A stretch of 62,975 nucleotides of DNA, filler included, from Octopus bimaculoides (Eukaryota): assembly GCF_001194135.2 (NCBI RefSeq). It is 5 parts of 4 records of this genome, joined end to end, with 100 filler letters (N's around TTAATTAATTAA, not from the genome) between each part and the next. Parts side by side here need not be neighbours in the genome. Positions count along the whole stretch, not along the records: positions 31,780 to 58,491 come from NC_068983.1; positions 58,592 to 61,774 come from NC_068984.1; positions 61,875 to 62,975 come from NC_068982.1; 2 more parts are not named here. One strand, written 5' to 3'. A program made the translations under genes and the position numbers. This document shows, one piece after another, positions 52,288-62,975 of this stretch. The first letter of the stretch is position 1; each line of letters opens with the position of its first letter. The notes under the pieces are model-generated. The model ran no database searches, had not been told where the DNA came from, and saw nothing but the letters and a program-made list of their open reading frames with translations.

Positions 52288-52809
52288 CATACATACATAC
52301 ATACTTACATACATACATACATACATACATACTTACATACATACATACATACATACGTGTATATACATAATTGTATGAAGGACCTATAATCCTTTAATCC
52401 AATAATCCTACGGTTTGTACCATTGTCCAGTGAAAAAAATATATATTAGTTTAGTATTGATATATACACCTATTTAATAATCACAGAAAGTGAATTAATT
52501 TAATTTAATTTAATTTAATTTCTGTAATTAAACTAATTGGACATGGAAACGGCTGTAGGACTGACATTTCATTATACGGATTTGAATATCTTTAAATAAA
52601 CTGATGTTTGCATGCCAATTTCTCCATTTTCTTCTTTTTTCGCATTCAAATATATATATATATAGAAGGTTTAGATCTAGATTCAAGATTCAATATGGTA
52701 CTTATGATTAGGCACCAGAATATAGTATGGTATGGTATTATACAAAAACCATTCCAAAAAACTAGGTGATCAAAAAATCAAAATAAGCAACACGGATTTC
52801 AAAGATGAT

Positions 52810-52897
52810 TGCAGTACGCACGTTTCATGCTACTCCATTTATTTAAGTAATGCGAGCATTACATTAAATGCAATATGTAGAGCAGTCTTCAGCTGCA
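52810..52897 (-). ncRNA. Type I hammerhead ribozyme candidate with intact core and elongated helix II
   Basis: UGCAG-CUGAAGA-[about 62-nt hairpin]-GAAAC-GUGC-GUA^CUGCA. Helix I is 5 bp and perfect; helix III is AC/GU; the cleavage triplet is GUA. The junction at the base of helix II is non-canonical (C/U). Confidence 0.7.
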
Positions 52898-53012
52898 GGA
52901 AAATGCAGAAAATTACAGTAGAATAGACATATTATAATTGTGGCAACATTTCAAATCCAAGTGGGAGGGAGAATACATAAAAATCCATCTTGACATAGCC
53001 AAGTCTATCAGG

Positions 53013-53096
53013 CTAGAAGATTGCTCTACGTATTGCATTTAATGTAATGTTCGCATTACTTAAATAAATGGAGTAGCATGAAACGGGCGTACTGCA
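53013..53096 (+). ncRNA. Opposite-arm hammerhead, probably inactive
   Basis: CTAGAAGA (1-nt insertion in core)..GAAACGGGCGTA^CTGCA; the 5' strand of helix I is not conserved. Confidence 0.5.
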
Positions 53097-53425
53097 ATCA
53101 TCTTTGAAATCTGTGTTGCTTATTTTGATGATATATATATATATATACTCACGGCAAGTTCAATGTACTAATTTATATTCGTTTTAATACGCACACATAC
53201 AAGACAATGTCCTCGATACTGCCTAGAAACGAACGTTTATCTCTACCATATTAAGATTAATACTCGACTTAGTGCAAGTGAGCATATTTTCTGTTTGAGT
53301 TATAAAACGACGTATCACATGATTCGTAATTAGGTGAAGCCATTATTCTTATTGAATATTTTCATAAATTTTACTTTAGAGGAATATCATATATCATTTC
53401 TATGATTGCTACTCCCATCAGAGCT

Positions 53426-53456
<31 letters not shown>

Positions 53457-53969
53457 AACACAACGGTTTTAGCTGACAATTTATAAGTAATAACTTTTGC
53501 TGCAACGCAAATAAATAAATACAAAAATACATGAAGGGAAATAAAACGTAAAGAATCTAAAAGGTTAGTTTTTGCCGAAAAAGTAAATTCGCAGCGTGAA
53601 TTTGCCGATATAAATTAAGCTATTATCAGCAGAAGTTGTCAAATGGTTCGAACATAAATTTATAATCCAATAATAGATGATAATATGTAATTCTAATGTT
53701 GTCCTTTTCTCTAATAGGAATATATTTATGAATTTTACTGGATGCTAAACTTTCTAGAAATCTCTACGGGGAGGCTAAATTTACAAAACCGTTAATGCAA
53801 TTCTGCTATCTGTACAGTTGGCTGATATATGCATATGAAGGTTTAGCTATAAACAATATGTACACATGTGCATATGTCTACAGCATACTCATACATACAC
53901 AGATATATGCACATATATATATATATGTGAGTCTCCATACACATACACATACACACACACACACATACA

Positions 53970-54035
<66 letters not shown>

Positions 54036-55106
54036 NNNNNNNNNNNNNNNNNNNNNNNNNNNNNNNNNNNNNNNNNNNNNNNNNNNNNNNNNNNNNNNNN
54101 NNNNNNNNNNNNNNNNNNNNNNNNNNNNNNNNNNNNNNNNNNNNNNNNNNNNNNNNNNNNNNNNNNNNNNNNNNNNNNNNNNNNNNNNNNNNNNNNNNNN
54201 NNNNNNNNNNNNNNNNNNNNNNNNNNNNNNNNNNNNNNNNNNNNNNNNNNNNNNNNNNNNNNNNNNNNNNNNNNNNNNNNNNNNNNNNNNNNNNNNNNNN
54301 NNNNNNNNNNNNNNNNNNNNNNNNNNNNNNNNNNNNNNNNNNNNNNNNNNNNNNNNNNNNNNNNNNNNNNNNNNNNNNNNNNNNNNNNNNNNNNNNNNNN
54401 NNNNNNNNNNNNNNNNNNNNNNNNNNNNNNNNNNNNNNNNNNNNNNNNNNNNNNNNNNNNNNNNNNNNNNNNNNNNNNNNNNNNNNNNNNNNNNNNNNNN
54501 NNNNNNNNNNNNNNNNNNNNNNNNNNNNNNNNNNNNNNNNNNNNNNNNNNNNNNNNNNNNNNNNNNNNNNNNNNNNNNNNNNNNNNNNNNNNNNNNNNNN
54601 NNNNNNNNNNNNNNNNNNNNNNNNNNNNNNNNNNNNNNNNNNNNNNNNNNNNNNNNNNNNNNNNNNNNNNNNNNNNNNNNNNNNNNNNNNNNNNNNNNNN
54701 NNNNNNNNNNNNNNNNNNNNNNNNNNNNNNNNNNNNNNNNNNNNNNNNNNNNNNNNNNNNNNNNNNNNNNNNNNNNNNNNNNNNNNNNNNNNNNNNNNNN
54801 NNNNNNNNNNNNNNNNNNNNNNNNNNNNNNNNNNNNNNNNNNNNNNNNNNNNNNNNNNNNNNNNNNNNNNNNNNNNNNNNNNNNNNNNNNNNNNNNNNNN
54901 NNNNNNNNNNNNNNNNNNNNGATGCTAAACTTTCTAGAAATCTCTACGGGGAGGCTAAATTTACAAAACCGTTAATGCAATTCTGCTATCTGTACAGTTG
55001 GCTGATATATGCATATGAAGGTTTAGCTATAAACAATATGTACACATGTGCATATGTCTACAGCATACTCATACATACACAGATATATGCACATATATAT
55101 ATATAT

Positions 55107-56440
55107 GAGTTTGTTCGAGAACGTATTACTCCAAGCCATTGTTCAGATAAACAAGCAGGAAGAGAGCATGAATTTTGCAGCGGTGGCCAAAAGCCACAAA
55201 AAAGGAGTCAATATGGACGAGATAGAAGACTACAAGTATATGCTTCGCAGGGAGGGGAATGGCATAAAGGTGTCCCATCACCAAGAAGTATTACAGGAGG
55301 CAAAGAAAAGAATGATCAGCTACGGAACGTATTCGGTGAAGCCAAAGAGAATAGAGATAATGACAAACAGGTAAATCGAAAAGGTATTAAAACTTATCTG
55401 GCTGGAAATTACCCACCTAGCCAGAGGGAGAAAGTTTGGAATGGTAGCGGTGCGGTTCCGAAGTGAATCCACAGCCAGACGACACTCAGCAACCCGCTTG
55501 AAACTCTAGGAGGTAATTCTTCTATCCATATACCTTGGAAGGCGTGCTTCCAGGGTAAGGGTAGAAGATATACCACCAGAAATTAATGTACCCTTGCTGG
55601 TGGCAGCAATACTACCGGGATTGGGGGAGGATAAAATAGCGGTCCTCCACGTCTACACTAGCACTGTCTACAGAAATTGGCAGGCACAGAGTCTGAATAT
55701 GGTCGTTCTGGCAGCCCCGGTGGACCTCAAAGAAATAACTGAAAATTACGGCAGATGAGTTAACGCTCACGGTCAGAGTGGAGAGCAGGACTCCGCGATG
55801 CTACAGCGGGGACTGTCCTCCACCGCCCGTAAAGACCAAAGAAAAGCCCGTAAGCAGGGAGGAAGCCGCAGCTTCAGCGCCGACGAAAGACAATACAAGT
55901 GCCGAGGACGAAGAAGAGGTGAACACCGAAGGGAATCAAGGGGAAACGGCTTGTAGAAAAGTAAGATACAAGATAAAAATGGCACACCCTGTGAATGTTG
56001 ACCACTCCATACCACACCAACCCGACTCCCACCCACACTCACTCTGCCCCACTATCCCCTACAGATACCAACCTTCTCCACAGCCCGCCGACTCAAAGAC
56101 AAATACAAGCACACATGAATCCCATAACTTCCCCTCGCCCTGTGAGATAAAATATGCTGTAACATATGACGGAAGAAATAGAGAGCGTTACGATGAGATA
56201 GACACTTGGGGCAATATAATAAACGTAAATTCGACAGTATATTGCGGGTTACCATGGCGATAGCATTGTGTGGTGGCAAACGTGGAATAATTGTCAAGAA
56301 TAAAAGATTACGATAAGGACTATGAATACTGGGTCAGGAAAATCGACACCAGCCAATTACCAAAGTGGATAGAGTAACGAAATCGTCGTGGTGATTATAA
56401 TATAGACATTCTTCAGAAGGACGAAGATTAACTGTGTTTT
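55107..56440 (+). mobile_element. Degenerate LINE ORF1-like relic homologous to ORF1 at 9260-10290, with no ORF2 visible
   Basis: FAAVAK..IEDYKYML ~ FASMAK..LKDYRNML; IEKVLKLIW ~ VEKCLQLIW; FGMVAVRFRSESTARRHS ~ YGTIEVKFATEDVAKQHS. Confidence 0.7.
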
Positions 56441-58763
56441 AAAGTCGTAATAACAGGTTAAATGAAGCCACTCAGTGGTGGGGCTGAACGGCTTCATTTC
56501 ATTTTTCAGTTTCATCCATTATTTTATTCATCTCTTATATTCGTGTCTTTTCTCACCCTGCATTGTCCCCTCTATGTTGACCCCATAAGGATAATAAAAA
56601 ATTCTTTACATTTATGGAATACAAAAGAAGAGAAAAGGAATTATGGGACTTCTGTCTACACACAGCCATTATGGATTACTACAAAATATTTTACCATAGA
56701 TTTATATTATTTTTTCAAAAAATGTTTTGCTCAAGTTTATACCAATACACATCTATACCAATATCTTTTGAAACAACACCTTTATCACGCGATTTTAAAT
56801 AGCATCTCTCTCATTCGATTGATTACACGGAAATTCATCCTTTTCTCTGACGATTGGATGTATAATCTAATACTATCAATCAATTATGGATTTCATTTCG
56901 AAAGGTAATAGTTTCATGAAAGCTTTCTGAATAATCATACTTTATATCTTTATCTATTAATACAATATTATTTATATTACAGATGTATATCTTCTGTGAT
57001 TTTCTGATGTAATTTTTCCTGCTTTGACTTCCCAATATATTATCACTCTAATTGAAACTCTAAATACCTTTAAGGTTTTAGACATATCTCATACCAAGAA
57101 TACTTATCTGAAATCCAGTACACTTTATTGTCATTGAATATATTTGATTAAATATATATATATATATATATATATANNNNNNNNNNNNNNNNNNNNNNNN
57201 NNNNNNNNNNNNNNNNNNNNNNNNNNNNNNNNNNNNNNNNNNNNNNNNNNNNNNNNNNNNNNNNNNNNNNNNNNNNNNNNNNNNNNNNNNNNNNNNNNNN
57301 NNNNNNNNNNNNNNNNNNNNNNNNNNNNNNNNNNNNNNNNNNNNNNNNNNNNNNNNNNNNNNNNNNNNNNNNNNNNNNNNNNNNNNNNNNNNNNNNNNNN
57401 NNNNNNNNNNNNNNNNNNNNNNNNNNNNNNNNNNNNNNNNNNNNNNNNNNNNNNNNNNNNNNNNNNNNNNNNNNNNNNNNNNNNNNNNNNNNNNNNNNNN
57501 NNNNNNNNNNNNNNNNNNNNNNNNNNNNNNNNNNNNNNNNNNNNNNNNNNNNNNNNNNNNNNNNNNNNNNNNNNNNNNNNNNNNNNNNNNNNNNNNNNNN
57601 NNNNNNNNNNNNNNNNNNNNNNNNNNNNNNNNNNNNNNNNNNNNNNNNNNNNNNNNNNNNNNNNNNNNNNNNNNNNNNNNNNNNNNNNNNNNNNNNNNNN
57701 NNNNNNNNNNNNNNNNNNNNNNNNNNNNNNNNNNNNNNNNNNNNNNNNNNNNNNNNNNNNNNNNNNNNNNNNNNNNNNNNNNNNNNNNNNNNNNNNNNNN
57801 NNNNNNNNNNNNNNNNNNNNNNNNNNNNNNNNNNNNNNNNNNNNNNNNNNNNNNNNNNNNNNNNNNNNNNNNNNNNNNNNNNNNNNNNNNNNNNNNNNNN
57901 NNNNNNNNNNNNNNNNNNNNNNNNNNNNNNNNNNNNNNNNNNNNNNNNNNNNNNNNNNNNNNNNNNNNNNNNNNNNNNNNNNNNNNNNNNNNNNNNNNNN
58001 NNNNNNNNNNNNNNNNNNNNNNNNNNNNAGACAGGAGAGTGAGAAACGGAGGTGAATATCTGTGCGTACGCGAGAGTCAGCGAGTGTGTGTGTGATAACA
58101 GAACGTGTGTGTGCGTATGTATGTGTGTGTGTGTGTGTGTGTGTGCATGGTTTGGTGGTTTATCTGTTAGTGTGTATGTGTGTTTGTGTGTGTGTGTGTG
58201 ACGTAGTGGAAGGAATTAGTAGCAGGAATAGTTCGTGGGTGCTTATGGACAACGGTGAGTGGAGGGTCAGCAGGCAGGTTTTGAGTATGTGTGTGTTCGT
58301 GTTGTGTTTGTGTGGGGTTGTAGGTGTTGGGTACGTGTGCATTTGTGTGTGTATTTTGTACGTGCGCGTGTGTGTATGTGTATGTTTTTGTGCGTGCGTG
58401 TATGTTGCGTATATGTGCGTTGCTTCGTACGTGTGTGTGTGCGTGCGTTTGCTATTGTATGTGCGTGTGTTGTTTATGCCCATGTGTGTGTNNNNNNNNN
58501 NNNNNNNNNNNNNNNNNNNNNNNNNNNNNNNNNNNTTAATTAATTAANNNNNNNNNNNNNNNNNNNNNNNNNNNNNNNNNNNNNNNNNNNNTGGCATGAT
58601 TCTGCTGTGGTTGATGATGTTACCATATGCAATATGGTATTTCACATGGTAATACAATCAAATTCTAAAGCATTTCTCGCTTCCTCCTTCTCCTTCCCTA
58701 ACACCCTTCTCCTCACTCTCCTCAGTCTCCCCTCACGACATTCATCTTCTGTCAAATCCCCCA

Positions 58764-58818
<55 letters not shown>

Positions 58819-61800
58819 GGGTCTATCTCTCTCTCTCGCTATTATGCCAAATCCCTCTTTCGCCTGGCTGAATATGTGTTTGCGTGGGTTTAGGAAATGT
58901 ATTTGTTTTGTGTATGTATGTATGTATGTATGCATCTATCTATTTCTCTATACTTGTATAGATGTGTGTAACTATACACGTATGTATTTATGTGTATGCA
59001 TGGGTGTATCTGTGTATCTGTGTGTATACATACGTACATATATACATACATATAGCCAGACATATATGTACTTATATATACATATATAGCTATGTATATA
59101 CATATATGTGTATATGTATGTATATGTACGTAATTATATGTATAAATTTTTGTTATTTAAAGTACTCTACATCCATATGTGTGCATGTGTGTTTGCACGC
59201 GCGTGTGTGTGTGGTATATAGACGAATATAAGAATATCAAATACTATACAACATAAAATTTTGATTTATCTCCTATCTGGAGGATGTGTCACACATACCA
59301 AAGAGCAATCGAGATCAGTTCTATACGTGAAGAGGAAATAATGTAAAGACTCAAGAACTCTTTCAGAGTTGACATGTCATCCTTCAAAGTTCAGATGTCA
59401 TTAAGGAAAGAGACACACTTATTGTTTGGAGATAAGAGGACAATCGTTGATAGATATTTCTGCCTTATTAAGCGTTATCAGCACGGTAGTTATCCTAATC
59501 TATCTCCAGCAGCGAAGGGACATATACTTATATAACATGAATAGGACTCATTTATGAGCTAGTTATTTTGCATAAATTAAACAAAAATGAGCAAAGAGAA
59601 ATAACTCAGAGTACCCATTGGCATGTACGGTTCACTCTACATGAATATGAAATTGAATGCATTCTGTAGTTGTTATCAAGCTCTTTTCCTCACTCCAACC
59701 AGTCTACAGTCGACTGTGATACCGTCCATACCAAGCCTAATACCGTCACTTCTACGCAAGGTGTTCAGATAACCTTAATTCTCTGGTCCCTTCAGTCCAA
59801 GAATTTCCCAACAAAACTTCTTTTGCAAAACTGAATGAGTTCTTGGGTATCTCATTGTCACGTTGCAAATTATATGCACAACCCCTAGAACAAATGAAAT
59901 GTAGCATAGCCTTCCCTCCAGTTGTTTTCCTGTTCAATATAGTCACGATGTTTTTGTATTCAAAGTTAACAAGTACCTAATCTTAATGCTTGTTTGTTTT
60001 TCAACTCTTTCATCGTTTCCTCTATTTTCGTTTCACTTAATTTCGTTTTATAGCCTCCTTTATTGTTAACTCGTTTAGTTTATTTTATTGCCATCAGTTA
60101 TTTTTTCCATCAATTATTTTATTGCAATCTCGTCGTATTTCATTGAAATCATTTATCAACTATTTTACTGCCATCTTTTATTGGCTCAAATATCAAATAT
60201 TATATCTTAAATACACATGTATGGAAAAATCTTTTGTGGCATTAATGTCAATCATACCAACCAAAATTTAGAATATAAAATTCGAGAAGCTTCCACATAT
60301 ATATCATGAGATAGTGTTCCCGTCCAAGTGCCAATACGCAGACGAATCAAAGCTTTCTGAATTGGCTTCCTTTTTGATGCAAGTAGGATCCTTTGTTTTA
60401 GCTATCTCTCTGGCAACTGGATAAGGCCTGAACTTCTAAGAGAATATAGTTCTGAGAAATAGTGCAAGCTGCTCAAAACAAGGAATTCTCTATATGTCAG
60501 TTTCACTGTTTAACCTCTCTCTGTAAATATTTTCAATACTCAAGTACTGAGCTATTGACAGTTTGTGAATAGCAATAGAACATATATCTATCGACTTAAT
60601 TATGCCCAGACACAGACATGCTCAGAATTCTAGTTTATTTTCTTTACTTAGGATTGTAAGAATATTTCGATTGTGACTGTCTTTACGTAACGCAGAACAA
60701 GGAATTTTATGGCTTTAAACATTCTATTGTCATACACGCTTGTCGTATATGGTGTCTATTCCTGGTTGGGATACATTGATATCTTTGTTAGTCATGTTCT
60801 CTAGCACCACTTTAGTGCCGTCTATATAATTGGTGGAATATGTACTTTTGTGTTTATGTGATTGCAGTGTATCTGGGTATATATGTATGTGTGTATGTGT
60901 GTGCGGGTATATAGGCGTATGCCGTTGTGTCTGTGTCCTGGACTTGTTATTAAAGCATTCTTAATTGTCTTATCATTTTAGAAATGTAACATACTTTCCG
61001 GAACGATCTGATATAATCTCCAAATACATACATACATACAAACATACATGCATGCATACATGCATACATACATACATACATACATACATACATACATACA
61101 TGCATGCATACATCCATACACCTTTACATATATATATNNNNNNNNNNNNNNNNNNNNNNNNNNNNNNNNNNNNNNNNNNNNNNNNNNNATATATACAGAG
61201 AGAGAGAGATACTTGCACGCACATAAACACATCATATACGCACAACATATAGTGAGATACATAGGTATGTGTACTAATATGCTCATAGAGGGAGGTAGGA
61301 GGAGATTATGAATATGTATACATGTGTGTTTGTGTGTGCATGTGTATGTGTGTGTGTGTATGTGCATGAGTGTGTGTGTGCGTGCATGAGTGTGCAGAGG
61401 TAAAAAGTTATATTAAAAAATTATTATAAGCAGATATTTAAAATAAACATTCAGGCAAATGATAGAACAGCATGTACGATGCTTCCAAGCGTTCAAAACC
61501 TGTCCCCACCCAACACTATAAAAATTACTATTTATAACAATAACAATAACAAATCTAATAATAAATATATAATAGAGATAGAAAAAGAAAACAAAGAGTA
61601 ATTGGACCTACAAATAACAAAAGAGTCCTAGATCTAAAATTAAAACAACAACAATACATTAGTCTCACATGTCCAAATTTAAACAAAACAAATAAATCAG
61701 TAGGTCTTATGAATATACGCCTGTGTACATGTCTGTATATGTATGTACGCTTATATATATATATATATATATATNNNNNNNNNNNNNNNNNNNNNNNNNN

Positions 61801-61874
61801 NNNNNNNNNNNNNNNNNNTTAATTAATTAANNNNNNNNNNNNNNNNNNNNNNNNNNNNNNNNNNNNNNNNNNNN

Positions 61875-61929
<55 letters not shown>

Positions 61930-62239
61930 TACATACATACATACATACATACATACATACAATACGTACATACATAACCAATCTACGTAACCAATCTAAG
62001 TTGTTTCTAGGTTAGAAACCATTTCCATTAGTAAGAAATTCGAAAGACAAGACTATTCAAATGTATGCCTGCATGTATGCTGAATGTATGCTGAATGTAT
62101 GTATGTGTATGGTATGTATGAATGTATGAATGTATGTATGTATGTATGAAAATGATTGCACATACAAATATTCATTCTACACTAGTACAGAATTTTCTCT
62201 GTGTTTTCATGCTATTGCACATAGTTAAATAATATTATA

Positions 62240-62292
<53 letters not shown>

Positions 62293-62483
62293 CGTGTGTG
62301 TCTTTGTGTGTGTGCGTTTGTGTGTGTAAACAGATAATAGAAAAGTTGCTTTGGAATTCTAAGACCGCATTGCTGTTCTGATATAAGAAATACAATTTTG
62401 TAATAAATATGCTTATATCATGCAATACAACGGCTAGTGTACGAGATACTATTTATGTGACACATATATGTGCATACGTATAT

Positions 62484-62532
<49 letters not shown>

Positions 62533-62975
62533 TGCGTGTGAGAGAGAGAGATAAGGAGATTAAGATATATTCTCAAAACAAATCCCAAAGCAAATATCTT
62601 ATGTAATAGAGAAAGTGCACAGCATTGGAAATGGTGCTATTACTAATGTATTATATAAAGTTACCGCAAAACGTACAAGACATACACAGTTGTAGAAGAA
62701 AGCAGATAAATAAACCAATATTGGGACAAATTATCTCACACCCACTCACACACAGTTTATTATTGGTGGAAAGATATCACCGATAAAGAAACCAAAGGAA
62801 ATAGACAACTGTACATAGAGTGTTACGTACACCTGACTAAGTATTGATATCTGAATATCTAACACTTAAATCTGTCTGATACACCAAAGTAGAAGCTGAG
62901 TCATACATATATCAATATCAATATATATATAAGGAGAGAGAAAGAGGGACAAATAGACAGATAAATACATTCATA

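Larger units (their letters stand above)
52777..53129. mobile_element. Family 2 inverted-repeat element with a hammerhead in each arm
   Basis: Arms 52777-52893 and 53012-53129 (about 117 bp, few mismatches), spacer about 118 bp. Confidence 0.85.

Noticed and set aside
59220-60900. Unique-looking sequence checked for a CNG exon
   Set aside because: No CNG-like peptide or convincing splice pair was found in the parts translated by eye.

Overview
This is AT-rich, microsatellite-rich eukaryotic DNA with many assembly gaps. The SINE families look like those of octopus (an inference from recalled consensus sequences). One host coding exon is well supported: the cyclic-nucleotide-binding domain (CNBD) of a CNG channel on the minus strand (1758-2063, canonical AG/GT, phase 1/1). 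I found no upstream CNG exon, so most of the window is probably one very large intron, although exons could be hidden in gaps or missed by eye. The rest is decayed mobile DNA: R4/Dong-like and Tx1/L1-like LINEs, several Penelope-like relics (RT and GIY-YIG), Tc1/mariner/maT elements, many tRNA-derived SINEs, and at least eight fold-back elements. The most interesting signal is two unrelated families of short palindromic elements whose arms carry outward-facing type I hammerhead ribozyme (HHR) motifs. Family 1 (46385-46735 and 50827-51400) joins a tRNA-like Pol III head, an (AAT)n spacer and a minimal HHR. Family 2 (52777-53129) has an HHR with an unusually long helix II, and its minus-strand arm keeps all conserved core bases. 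All structures were folded by eye; no search or folding program was run.
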